DNA of 64,000 nucleotides from the NCBI GenBank assembly GCA_031082315.1, contig JAVHLC010000002.1:147362-211361 (forward strand). Direction: 5' to 3'. Every line of letters starts with the position of its first letter. The stretch's first letter is position 1. This document shows, in pieces, positions 1-9,196 of this stretch. Made by a program: the position numbers and the translations under genes. Origin of the DNA: Thermodesulfobacteriota bacterium. GTDB lineage: Bacteria; Desulfobacterota; QYQD01. The notes beneath the pieces are model-generated. The model made no database searches. It had not been told where the DNA came from and was given only the letters and a program-made list of their open reading frames with translations.

Positions 1-480
1 CCTGTGCGCGCCACTTCTAAAATCTCCCGGCTTATATCCGTGGCCATAATTTTTATTTTCCAGGACGGGTACTGCCCCCAGAACGTGTTCGTAGTAATGG
101 CTACGGTATATACCTCTTCACCGGTAGAGCAGCCGGCGCACCAGACAGCTAATCTTCTGACACCGTTTTTTTCTCCTTCTTGCAGAAGGTGGGGGAAAAC
201 TACATCATTTAGGAATTCGAAATGGTGTTTTTCTCTGTAGAAATGCGTGGTGTGAGTAGTTAAACAATCAACGGCCCTGGCCAGTTCGTTCTCAGCATCC
301 GGGGCATGCCGCAGATATTGAGTATAGGCATCGATCGATTTCAGCCCTAAGGATTTAAAACGGCTGTTTAATCTGGATGTGAATAACATCTCCTTATGTT
401 CAGGCAAAAAGATACCTGTTTTTTCTTCTATTAGTTTTTGGAGGGGCTTGAAGTTCGCCTCGGTCGAAGATACGCCTGGG
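1..480 (-). CDS. cheR: Chemotaxis protein methyltransferase CheR (partial; 3' part runs off window start; start codon not resolved, no in-frame ATG near expected N-terminus)
   Basis: Minus-strand translation gives FKPLQKLIEEKTGIFLPEHKEMLFTSRLNSRFKSLGLKSIDAYTQYLRHAPDAENELARAVDCLTTHTTHFYREKHHFEFL...RRLAVWCAGCSTGEEVYTVAI, matching the CheR all-alpha N-domain and the SAM-MTase motif (FFRE-like, AGCSTGEE). Sits directly downstream of cheW. The listed + ORF 4..240 is antisense to it. Confidence 0.6.
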
Positions 481-540
481 CGTGCGAATCTGCCCGTGGC
501 ATGACCCGCGTCGTTTTCTTCAGAAAGATCACGGCCGTCC

Positions 541-990
541 TTAAGCGGTTGCATCCAGTTCTTCCAATTCCTTTTCATCCAGAATTCGTTCCAGATCCAG
601 TAAGATGATTAAACGGTCACCCTGTTGGGCCACGGCTTTTATATATTCCGTCCGTATGGAAGGAGAAAGCCTGGGTGTAAGCAAGATTTCTGCCGGGCTG
701 AGCGAGATGACGTCTGAGGTAGTGTCTACGATAATGCCCATGATACGCCCCGCGATTTCCAGGACAAATATAACGGAAAATTTGTTGTATTCCTTTGGTG
801 GCAGATTAAACTTGAGCCTCAAGTCAAAGATGGGAAATATAACACCGCGCAAGTTAACCATCCCCTTTACAATATCTTTAACCCCGGGTACCCGGGTAAA
901 ACGGCGATAGCCGATGATTTCTCTTATCTTATTAATTTCTATCCCGTATTCTTCGTCATCAAGATAAAAGGTTATATACTGTTCTTCCAT
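541..990 (-). CDS. cheW: Chemotaxis coupling protein CheW
   Basis: 149 aa, single CheW-like domain (ITFYLDDEEYGIEINKIREI...GMVNLRGVIFPIFDLRLKF); lies in a che operon between an MCP gene and cheR. Confidence 0.85.
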   Translation of the reverse strand: MEEQYITFYLDDEEYGIEINKIREIIGYRRFTRVPGVKDIVKGMVNLRGVIFPIFDLRLKFNLPPKEYNKFSVIFVLEIAGRIMGIIVDTTSDVISLSPAEILLTPRLSPSIRTEYIKAVAQQGDRLIILLDLERILDEKELEELDATA

Positions 991-1005
991 GTGGACTTTG
1001 GCTCC

Positions 1006-3313
1006 TTAGAATTCTTCAAAACCTTCCTCCATGTTGAGATCTGCTTCTTCCGGGGATATCTCTTTAAGCACGGCCTTTTGCAACATATCTTGACGTAAAG
1101 GCCTTTTTACCGGGGGCATAGTCCCCCTTTTTTCTCTCCCGGTGAGGGTTGCCGGAGTCAACGTCTCTTCCTCTATGGAATCTTCATCTGCCCCGGCCAC
1201 AGAAAATTCCTTGGTTAACTTTTTCAGGAGCGCGGCCTTAGCCGCCAGCGTTTGACTAGCGCCTGCTAATTGTTCAACCAGAGCGGCATTTTGCTGTACA
1301 ACATCCCCCATATCGGTAACAGCCTGATTCACTTGCTCAATACTGCGTGATTGTTCCTGAGTAGCCGCCGAGACCTCAGAAACGGCCTCGGACACGGCAG
1401 TGATGCATCCGGTTATCTTTTCCAGACTGCTGCCGGTTTGACCGACTAACTTATGGCTTTCTTCAATCTTAGCCATACTGTCATGGATGAGATTCTGTAT
1501 ATCTTTAGCTGCCTCCCCGCTTCTCTTGGAAAGATTGCGTATTTCCGTGGCTACCACCGCAAAACCGCGGCCGTGTTCACCGGCCCGGGCGGCCTCCACC
1601 GCGGCATTAAGGGCCAGGAGATTGGTCTGAAAGGTGATCTCGTTAACCAGGTCCATAATTTCTACAATTTTTTTGCTGGCGGTCCACACCTCAGTCATGG
1701 CATGGACCGTCTCTTTCACTACTGATGTTCCTTCCTGCGCCAGGGTCACGGATTCCTGAGCCAACTGGTTGACCTTCATGGTATTGGCAGCGTTCTGGCT
1801 GACATTGGCGGTCATTTGTTCGAGGGTGGCGCCGGCTTCTTCTATAGTGGCCGCCTGCTCCTGAGTCCGCTGCGACAGGTCCTGATTACCCGCGGAGATC
1901 TGATTTGTCCCCCGGGCCACAATTTCCGCAGTCCTTTTTGTCTGCTTTATGAGCGAGCCAATCTTCTCGAACATCTCGTTGACCTTGTCTGCCAGCCTGT
2001 CCATGAGGTCTTTTTTACCTATGGACTCTACTCTGGCCGTGAGATCTCCCCCGGCGGCCTTGTCCAGGACATTGAGCAGATTGTCCACCCGTCCTTCCAG
2101 ATACCGCCTTTGCTCCTCTTCCTTAGCGGCTGTTTCTTTGAGAATCTTTTCTGCCTCGACCCTGGCGGTAATGTCATGGAATATCTTGAAACCTCCCAGT
2201 ACCTTGCCGCTGGAGTCTTTAAGAACGGCGGCACTGGCCTCTATAGGAATAGTTTCCCCATGACGGTTAGTGATTTCACAATACACCCTTCCCCCCGCCT
2301 GGCCTGTTTCCATGCTTCTTTTTAATCCGCAGTCGGTCTTGCAGATGTTGCTGTTGAAGACGTTCCAGCACTTTACTTTGCCTTCCACTTCTTCTCTTTG
2401 GTATCCGGTTGTGGCCGCAGCGGCATCGTTCATATAGGTTATGGTAAGATCCGGATCGACAACGAAGAATGGATCGCTGATCCCGAGCTTCAGACTGTTC
2501 GCATATTCTATCCTGTCGCGCAGGTGTCGCAGCATGATATTGAAGTTTTTATTCAACGTCTCTATGGAGTCTTCGCCCCTCACCTCGATATTTACATCTA
2601 CGTCTCCTTCCGCTACCTGTTTTGCCTTATCGGCCAGATAGTGGATGCGCCGCGTGATGAGGCGGGTTATCAGATAGTTAAGGATTACAACCAAAGATAT
2701 GACTCCCAGCGCTCCGGCCATGATATACCGGTTTCTAAGAGAGGCAATAGAGGCATAATCAGCGGCTACGGATTGACGCACCACCAGAGAGCCCAGCACC
2801 CTTTTGGCCGGGGCATGGCAGTTGTAACAAGCCGGTTCATTAAGAATGGGATGAAAAATAAGGTTATATGGTTCGCCATTTATAGTCTGCAGGAATGGCC
2901 GTTTGGGATCAACGCCGGTAGAAAGTATATTGCTCAGGTTTTTTGTGAGTTCGGTATCCGCTAATAGATCCCCGAGCTTGGCCCCAACTGTTTCTTCATG
3001 ACTGGCATAGACTACGGTCTGGTCGGCATCCGTTATATAAACCTCTACCCCCTTCATGGCCGTTTTGATGTCCCTTAGTTGTTCCCTGACCGCGTCCATA
3101 TTACCGATGGCCATGGGGTGTTTTATCCCCGCGTGCGTCATGTCCGCCAGTTCCAGTTCAAACCGCGTCACTTTATTCAGGACATCCTCTCTATGACTAT
3201 TAACGCCAATGTATATAAGGACACCCGTAAAAAGCGCCGAGGTCAAGATTAGCGTGATCAGGATCTTGAAGCGCAAATTTTTGTTTATGTAGGATTGAAG
3301 GAACTTAAGCATG
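1006..3313 (-). CDS. Methyl-accepting chemotaxis protein with periplasmic c-type heme (CXXCH) sensor domain, HAMP, cytoplasmic PAS and MCP signalling domain
   Basis: Two TM helices flank a ~160-aa periplasmic region carrying a single CYNCH motif. C-terminal part carries methyl-accepting repeats ([31 protein letters not shown]...). Start reassigned to ATG at 3313 (MLKFLQSY), 24 nt after the cheA stop, with a G-rich RBS; the listed ORF start at 3408 would overlap cheA by 70 nt. Confidence 0.8.
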
Positions 3314-3337
3314 GGAATACCCCCCCTTTTTTTTGTT

Positions 3338-5479
3338 TCAATGGACTGGTTCATGGACCCGGCCTCGATCAAAAAATAGATGATCCAGACCATACACGTC
3401 CAGAACAAGGGCTACGCTGCCATCGGGCATAATAGCGCCCCCGGCAATCCCGGAAATTCTACAGAAATTTTTCTCCAGGTTTTTAATTACGACCTGCTGG
3501 TGATCGAGTATTTCGTCCACAACCAGGCCCAGGATCTTTTTTTCGCTACTTACAAAAACGACCAATGGTTCTGTATCTGTCTGCCGGCGGTCTATACCCA
3601 GGACTCTATCCAGGCGGATGAGCGGCACGCATGAGTCCCCCAAACGTATTACCTCACCCTTGCCTTCAATGGTCTTTAAGTTGCCTTTTTCAAGCTTGGC
3701 TGTGCTTAGAACGGTTAGCAAGGGTATGACAAAAATATCGTCCCCTATGCCAACATACATACCATCAATAACCGCCAGGGTTAAAGGGAGCTTTATGACG
3801 AAGGTAGCTCCTTTGCCTTTTTCGGAAAAGACATCGATCATCCCTCCCAATTGCTGAATGTTATTCTGTACTACGTCCATCCCTACCCCGCGGCCGGATA
3901 TGGAACTGATCTCTTTAGCAGTGGAAAATCCGGGGATAAATAGGAACTTGTAAATCTCTTCAGGCAAGGGCTGGTCGTTTTCTTTAATCAGGCCCTTTTC
4001 TATAGCCTTTCGCCGCACTGCTTCGGCGTCGATACCCCGGCCATCATCCTTAATTTCAATGTATATCTTGCCTTCCTGCTGGTAAGCATTAAGGCTGATG
4101 ATTCCCTCCGGGGATTTGCCCGACCGTTTCCTCTCCTCAGGGACTTCGATCCCGTGGTCAATGCAATTGCGTATCAGGTGCTTTAAGGGGTCGTTTATCT
4201 GTTCAATAACATCTTTGTCCAGTTCCGTTTCTCCTCCACCCAGGACAATCTTAACCTGCTTATGGTGCTCCCGGGCCAGGTCCCGGGCCATTCTTTGAAA
4301 CCTTTGAAATGTGCCTTCGATAGGAAACATGCGAAGACGCATAACCTGTTCCTGCACCTCCCGGCCGATCCTGTTCAGGATATCCGGCTCACCGCCCAAT
4401 TTTCTGGTGACATCCGGCGGCAAATTCCCCAGGATGGCGGAGATTCGCGCCATTTGTATGGTCATTTCTTCCACCATATTTGCGAGCTGGTCGAGCTTAT
4501 CTGTATCTACGCGTACCGTGGACTTACGCAGGACCGTCCGGCTTTTTTCCTGGAGGTCAACGATCTTGTTTAGTTCATCCGGAGAGATTTTGCCCTTTTC
4601 TAATAAAGCCTCCCCAACCTTTTTCTGCTGGGTGAGGACTTCTTGTATTTCCTGCTCGCTGACCAGTTTTTGATCAATTAATATCTCTCCCAGCGGCTTG
4701 TCAGCCATTCTGGTGTCCACCCCGTCCCGAAAATGTGATGATACGTCTCTTATGGAAACCTGGTTTAATTCATCTTCCTGGACAAAGACGAATACCTTTT
4801 CTATGGTGGGCAGGGGCCGGTCGGTTTTGATCAGGAGCCGCCAGGCAAGGTAAAGCTGAAAGGGGTCCATCTCCAGAAATGGCGGCAGAGAAGACAGGTC
4901 TGTCTCTACGGATATTATCTCAGCCAAATCTCCCAGTTCATACAGCAGCATCAGCGGATCCTGTCCGGTCTGGAAGATGTCCTTGCGAAAGCGCATATCA
5001 ATCTCGTAATAAGATCCCTTGGAGGATTCCTTCTGGCCGCCGGACATGCCGGTAGTTATCGGCGCAGTTGCCCGGCCTTCTTCTTGTTCTGCGGCTAGGC
5101 CCATGAACCGTTTTACTTTTTCGGCCATGGACGAAAAGGCATCCAGCCCTGCGTCCGGCTTTCCCTGGGAAGCATTTTCCACCGCCGATTTTATAACATC
5201 ATGGTTTTCCAGGAGAAAGGAGACCAGGTTTTGGGTTATAGGCAGTTGTTTGCTGCGTATCCTTTCCATGAGGTTTTCCAGGAGATGGGCGTGTTCAGAG
5301 AGCTGGGTAAAGCCGACCATAGCCGAGCTGCTCTTCATAGTGTGCATCGCCCGGAAGACCTCGTTAATAACGGACTGATTTTGCGGATCGGATTCTAAGG
5401 TCATCAGGCCGTGTTCCATGTTTTGCAACAATTCTTCCGCTTCTGAAAAATATATCTGTAAAAGCTCGTCCTGTTCCAT
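3338..5479 (-). CDS. cheA: Chemotaxis histidine kinase CheA
   Basis: 713 aa; N-terminal Hpt domain (FRAMHTMKSSSAMVGF), dimerization and HATPase_c regions (GRGVGMDVV), C-terminal CheW-like domain. Confidence 0.9.
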   Translation of the reverse strand: MEQDELLQIYFSEAEELLQNMEHGLMTLESDPQNQSVINEVFRAMHTMKSSSAMVGFTQLSEHAHLLENLMERIRSKQLPITQNLVSFLLENHDVIKSAVENASQGKPDAGLDAFSSMAEKVKRFMGLAAEQEEGRATAPITTGMSGGQKESSKGSYYEIDMRFRKDIFQTGQDPLMLLYELGDLAEIISVETDLSSLPPFLEMDPFQLYLAWRLLIKTDRPLPTIEKVFVFVQEDELNQVSIRDVSSHFRDGVDTRMADKPLGEILIDQKLVSEQEIQEVLTQQKKVGEALLEKGKISPDELNKIVDLQEKSRTVLRKSTVRVDTDKLDQLANMVEEMTIQMARISAILGNLPPDVTRKLGGEPDILNRIGREVQEQVMRLRMFPIEGTFQRFQRMARDLAREHHKQVKIVLGGGETELDKDVIEQINDPLKHLIRNCIDHGIEVPEERKRSGKSPEGIISLNAYQQEGKIYIEIKDDGRGIDAEAVRRKAIEKGLIKENDQPLPEEIYKFLFIPGFSTAKEISSISGRGVGMDVVQNNIQQLGGMIDVFSEKGKGATFVIKLPLTLAVIDGMYVGIGDDIFVIPLLTVLSTAKLEKGNLKTIEGKGEVIRLGDSCVPLIRLDRVLGIDRRQTDTEPLVVFVSSEKKILGLVVDEILDHQQVVIKNLEKNFCRISGIAGGAIMPDGSVALVLDVYGLDHLFFDRGRVHEPVH

Positions 5480-5488
5480 AGTCTATTC

Positions 5489-5866
5489 TCAACGAACAAA
5501 CTTTCTTACGACCCAGAGGAGTTGTTCCGGCCGGAAAGGTTTCAAGAGCCAGCCGGCGGCTCCGGCAGACTTTCCTCTCAATTTCTGCGCCTCTTGTGAT
5601 TCGGTGGTCAGAACAAGAATCGGGATAAACTTCCAGTTTGTTTTTTTGACTTCTTTTATAAAGGTTATGCCGTCCATTTCGGGCATATTCACGTCTGAGA
5701 TAATCAACGCCGGCGGCTTTTTTTGGGACTCCATCTCTTGCAGCCTGACGAGCCCGTCCTTGCCGTTCACAGCCTCGGATACCCTATATCCGGCGTTGTT
5801 CAGGCAAAAAGAGATGCTGGCGCGCAGAGTGGGTGAATCATCAACTACCAGGACATGTTTTTCCAT
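5489..5866 (-). CDS. cheY: CheY-like response regulator (receiver domain only)
   Basis: VLVVDDSPTLR...DVNMPEMDG...K receiver motifs. Start set to the internal ATG at 5866 (MEKHVLVVDD), preceded by AGGTGGA; the listed start at 5920 would overlap the STAS gene. Confidence 0.8.
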   Translation of the reverse strand: MEKHVLVVDDSPTLRASISFCLNNAGYRVSEAVNGKDGLVRLQEMESQKKPPALIISDVNMPEMDGITFIKEVKKTNWKFIPILVLTTESQEAQKLRGKSAGAAGWLLKPFRPEQLLWVVRKFVR

Positions 5867-5877
5867 ATGGCGTCCAC

Positions 5878-6180
5878 CTATTCTTTCAGGATCATCTGTT
5901 TGACCCCGATTATTTCCCAAACCTTTTCCAAGTCGGGCGGTATATTTTTAATGGTCAGCCTGTGACCTTCGGTAAGAGATTTTTTGAAGGCTATCAGTAC
6001 CTGTATAGCCGCTGTATCCATCTGCACGACTTCCTGACAGTCTATAGTCAGATCCTGCTCCAGCACAAACCGATCCTTCAGGCACTCATATAAGTCGTCA
6101 AGATGGTGGACGCCTATCTCGCCACGCAACTTAATAATGCCTTCTGCCTGTTCCTGACATGGAGAATACGCATCAGCCAT
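5878..6180 (-). CDS. STAS-domain protein (anti-sigma-factor antagonist-like), first gene of the che operon
   Basis: 100 aa with a STAS-like pattern (…DLTIDCQEVVQMDTAAIQVLIAFKKSL…); no other domain. Confidence 0.55.
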   Translation of the reverse strand: MADAYSPCQEQAEGIIKLRGEIGVHHLDDLYECLKDRFVLEQDLTIDCQEVVQMDTAAIQVLIAFKKSLTEGHRLTIKNIPPDLEKVWEIIGVKQMILKE

Positions 6181-6626
6181 TGAATTCTCGCAGTCTTACA
6201 TTTCTAATGGTTCATTATGGCTTTTCGGCTAATGGGAGGACTTACTTAAACGAAAAGGGGGTTTTTTCTATCTCAGTTTACGGGGACGGACGTGGGGTAA
6301 AATAAAAGCTGTATTCTCGGTCATCCATATTCAAAGTCCGTATTTATTTCAGGCTCTTTTGTTATTAGCCATACGTGCCGATCTGTTAAACTAATGAGCG
6401 CCCCCACTTAGTCAGGTATAAGGTCTTCGAAGGGAAATACCCGGATCAAAAACTTGCTTGCAGGAATATTACAGGAGTAGCTATCCAATATTGAAGCTCC
6501 CCGCAGCAAGCTGCGGGAAATGCGCTCGCTATGCATGTTCAAGAAAAAACACAGAAGAGTGGGGGCACTATGAACGCTCTACACGAACGTACGCACATGG
6601 ACGGAAAAGGAGGAAAAGAGGAAAAA

Positions 6627-7046
6627 ATGGACATAACGATCTTGTTAGCCGATGATTCAAAGTTGGTTCAAGCCAAGTTCAGGTTGGCACTGGAAAAGGC
6701 AGGGTTTCAAGTTATCAGTGCCCTCGACGGCAAAGAAGGGCTGAGTATTGCCAGGGAAAAGAAGCCGGATCTCATTATCCTGGATGTGAATATGCCGGGG
6801 ATGGACGGTTGGCAGGTCCTTCGCTCTTTAAAGATTCATCCTGAATTGCGCAAGATACCCGTCATTATGGCTACGACTGCGGACAAGATTGCCGACATAG
6901 AACGGGGTTTTTCTCTGGGCGCAAAAGAATACGTCGTCAAGGACGAGCAACTCACCCGTTTGGTCGACAAGGTTGAAAAAGTGATGGCAAGCCAGAAACC
7001 TGAGACAAAAGTTGAAGGGAGCTGGGTAAAAAAAATGTTCTCGTAA
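6627..7046 (+). CDS. Stand-alone response regulator (receiver domain)
   Basis: MDITILLADDSKLV...DVNMPGMDGWQVL...K receiver signature. Start chosen at the ATG at 6627, preceded by GGAAAAGAGG; the listed ORF begins upstream at 6531. Confidence 0.7.
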   Translation: MDITILLADDSKLVQAKFRLALEKAGFQVISALDGKEGLSIAREKKPDLIILDVNMPGMDGWQVLRSLKIHPELRKIPVIMATTADKIADIERGFSLGAKEYVVKDEQLTRLVDKVEKVMASQKPETKVEGSWVKKMFS

Positions 7047-7702
7047 GACTTCGTCTGAAGAGTAACCAAGGGATTGCCTTAGAAACAAGCTCGTTTGATA
7101 CACGTCTAAAGGCCTGCAATCCCCCCACCAGTTTCGGCCGACGAGCTTGATCCCGGCTGGTTTCTGCATAGGAAAGGTAACGCCTTCTCGCCAAAACAGG
7201 ACAGCACATATTTTGTACCCTGCGAGGAGCCGCCTTCGAAGTGATCGAGACCGAGCCTTTTTTCATCGGCCGAAGACTAGAAAACACTATATCTCTATGT
7301 AACGCCCGTCCATACAAAAAAGCAATGCACCGGCTGTTTTTCGCACTATGGTCCGGGTGCAGCGTCAGCTCAGGTTCCGCTTTGGGGTGTCGCCGGAGAA
7401 AAGGCCCGCGGACAATCTGACAAATGTGCCTGAATCCAAACAGGTAGCATCATAAGGGGGTGTGGCATGGGAACAATTGTTCTCTTTTAGTGGAATTGTT
7501 TTTCCACTGGTCCAATCCCTTTCTCCCTCTGTCGCGGTAATCGTCTTAGCCATCATTTCCATTGACAACGTAATAACAACATGTTAGCGTCTTTCGGTAA
7601 TGTCCATGCCATTGGCACTCCATTTGCATTAGCTACGATTCATCGACGTCGTCAGCTTTACCGTGTAAAGCAGCATCCGCAGGCCGCCTCAGGAGTAGCA
7701 TT

Positions 7703-8872
7703 ATGGTCATGCCCAAGGACCGGACGAAATCAGGCATCAAGATACCCCGGCAAAAGGCACTCACATTCGCGGCGACTTTAATCTTTTCCCTTGTCCTGAT
7801 CCTATCGCTCCCACCCGCCGCTTCCGCCAGAGTGACGGGACCATGTGCCAACTGCCACACCATGCACAACAGTCAGGGGGGACTTCCGGTAGCGCCCGGA
7901 GGCCCCTACGGCCAACTACTGGTAGGCGACTGTGTGGGCTGCCATTCTGCCACCGACGGCGCGACCTGGAAAGATCCGGTAACCGGCGCTCCTATTGTCA
8001 ATAATACCGGCCAGCCCTCCTACGGCAGTCAAGGTCTCGCCGGCGGGAATTTCTATTGGGTAACGGTAAGCGACGGGAACGGGCACAACGTGTTTCCGGC
8101 TAATCCCGATGACGTCCTGATGAGCGCCCCCGGGGAAGCGTACGTAGGCGGCGGCTGTGGCACAAACGTTTGCCATAGCAATCTCCATCTTCCTTTTCAG
8201 ACTTCTTCCGAATTCGAGCCCATTCATGGCTACCTGAACGGGCGATCCGGCTGCACCGGCTGCCATATGGTATCCGGCTTCAACAAGTTCAGTCAAATCA
8301 AGAGTTGGCATCATACCAGTGTTACAGATGGGGTGGCGGATAGCGCTGCAGAGGGATGGTACCGGTTTCTGTCGGGCCATTTCAGCGGTTACCAGTACGG
8401 AGTCGCAGGCATAGAGGATGGCGACTGGCAATACACCAGCAGTGCCAGTGACCATAATGAGTACCTGGGTAAGCAGGTCGCCAGCGGGACTGGTGGTTTC
8501 GTCTCCATAGCAGGGAACACGGCCACGGCCTTCTGCTGTGGCTGTCACGGAAATTTCCACATCAAGAGACAGGGAGGGGCCTGGATACGACACCCCGTAG
8601 ATCGTAAGATACCGGCGTCCGGTGAATACGCCGACGCTTTCGGTGCCGCCACCGGCACCGCGACGTATGACCCCATCGTCCCCGTAGCCCGACCCACACT
8701 CGCCGCGGTCAGTGACACGGTAACCATAGGCACGGACATGGTCATGTGTCTCTCCTGCCATAGGGCCCACGCCAGCCCCTATCCTGACATGCTTCGATGG
8801 GACTACGCGACTATCCAGGCCGACGGTGGAGGAACCGGCGGCTGCTTCCAATGTCACACGAGCAAGAATTAG
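7703..8872 (+). CDS. OmcS-family multiheme c-type cytochrome (nanowire-type outer-surface cytochrome), paralog 1
   Basis: Signal peptide, then CANCHTMHNSQGG (OmcS N-terminus is ...CEGCHTMHNS...). Also CVGCH, CGTNVCH (CX4CH), CTGCH, CCGCH, CLSCHRAHAS (as in OmcS CLSCHRAHASGFDSM) and C-terminal CFQCHTSKN. Low heme density and a Gly/Ser/Thr-rich sequence. Confidence 0.75.
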   Translation: MVMPKDRTKSGIKIPRQKALTFAATLIFSLVLILSLPPAASARVTGPCANCHTMHNSQGGLPVAPGGPYGQLLVGDCVGCHSATDGATWKDPVTGAPIVNNTGQPSYGSQGLAGGNFYWVTVSDGNGHNVFPANPDDVLMSAPGEAYVGGGCGTNVCHSNLHLPFQTSSEFEPIHGYLNGRSGCTGCHMVSGFNKFSQIKSWHHTSVTDGVADSAAEGWYRFLSGHFSGYQYGVAGIEDGDWQYTSSASDHNEYLGKQVASGTGGFVSIAGNTATAFCCGCHGNFHIKRQGGAWIRHPVDRKIPASGEYADAFGAATGTATYDPIVPVARPTLAAVSDTVTIGTDMVMCLSCHRAHASPYPDMLRWDYATIQADGGGTGGCFQCHTSKN

Positions 8873-9196
8873 AATCTCGACAGGAGGCGTTAACAAAATC
8901 CAGGGGAACACCATGGGGGCTTTATTGACTACATTGAATAAGTGCGATAATGGAATCTTGAACAATGAAAAAGAGGGCCGGGCATGCCCCGACAGGCACG
9001 GTTTGATGCGCCTGGGACGCTTTTCTTCTATGTAAAGAATGGCCAGGCCAACTCGAATTCCACCCGCCGCAGGCAGACATCAAATGGTGCACTTACAATT
9101 TGAACATGCATAGCGAGCGAATACGATGCATTTTACCTTGCATACGGAGATTCCCCGTCCGCCCCAGGCGGACTGCGGGAAGCTTCAATTCACCTG

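Noticed and set aside
4-240. 78-aa + strand ORF at window start
   Set aside because: Antisense to a well-supported cheR reading frame (CheR motifs on the minus strand); no RBS; odd composition.
1453-2964. Several 90-190-aa + strand ORFs inside the MCP gene
   Set aside because: All antisense to the methyl-accepting chemotaxis protein coding region.
7050-7700. 650-bp non-coding stretch upstream of OmcS-like paralog 1, checked for riboswitch/sRNA-like structure
   Set aside because: No recognisable riboswitch consensus (SAM, cobalamin, c-di-GMP, TPP) seen by eye; only a weak TTGACA hexamer without a good -10. Left unannotated.
7916-8965. 349-aa - strand ORF
   Set aside because: Antisense to the OmcS-like cytochrome, which has 7 heme motifs and a signal peptide on the + strand.
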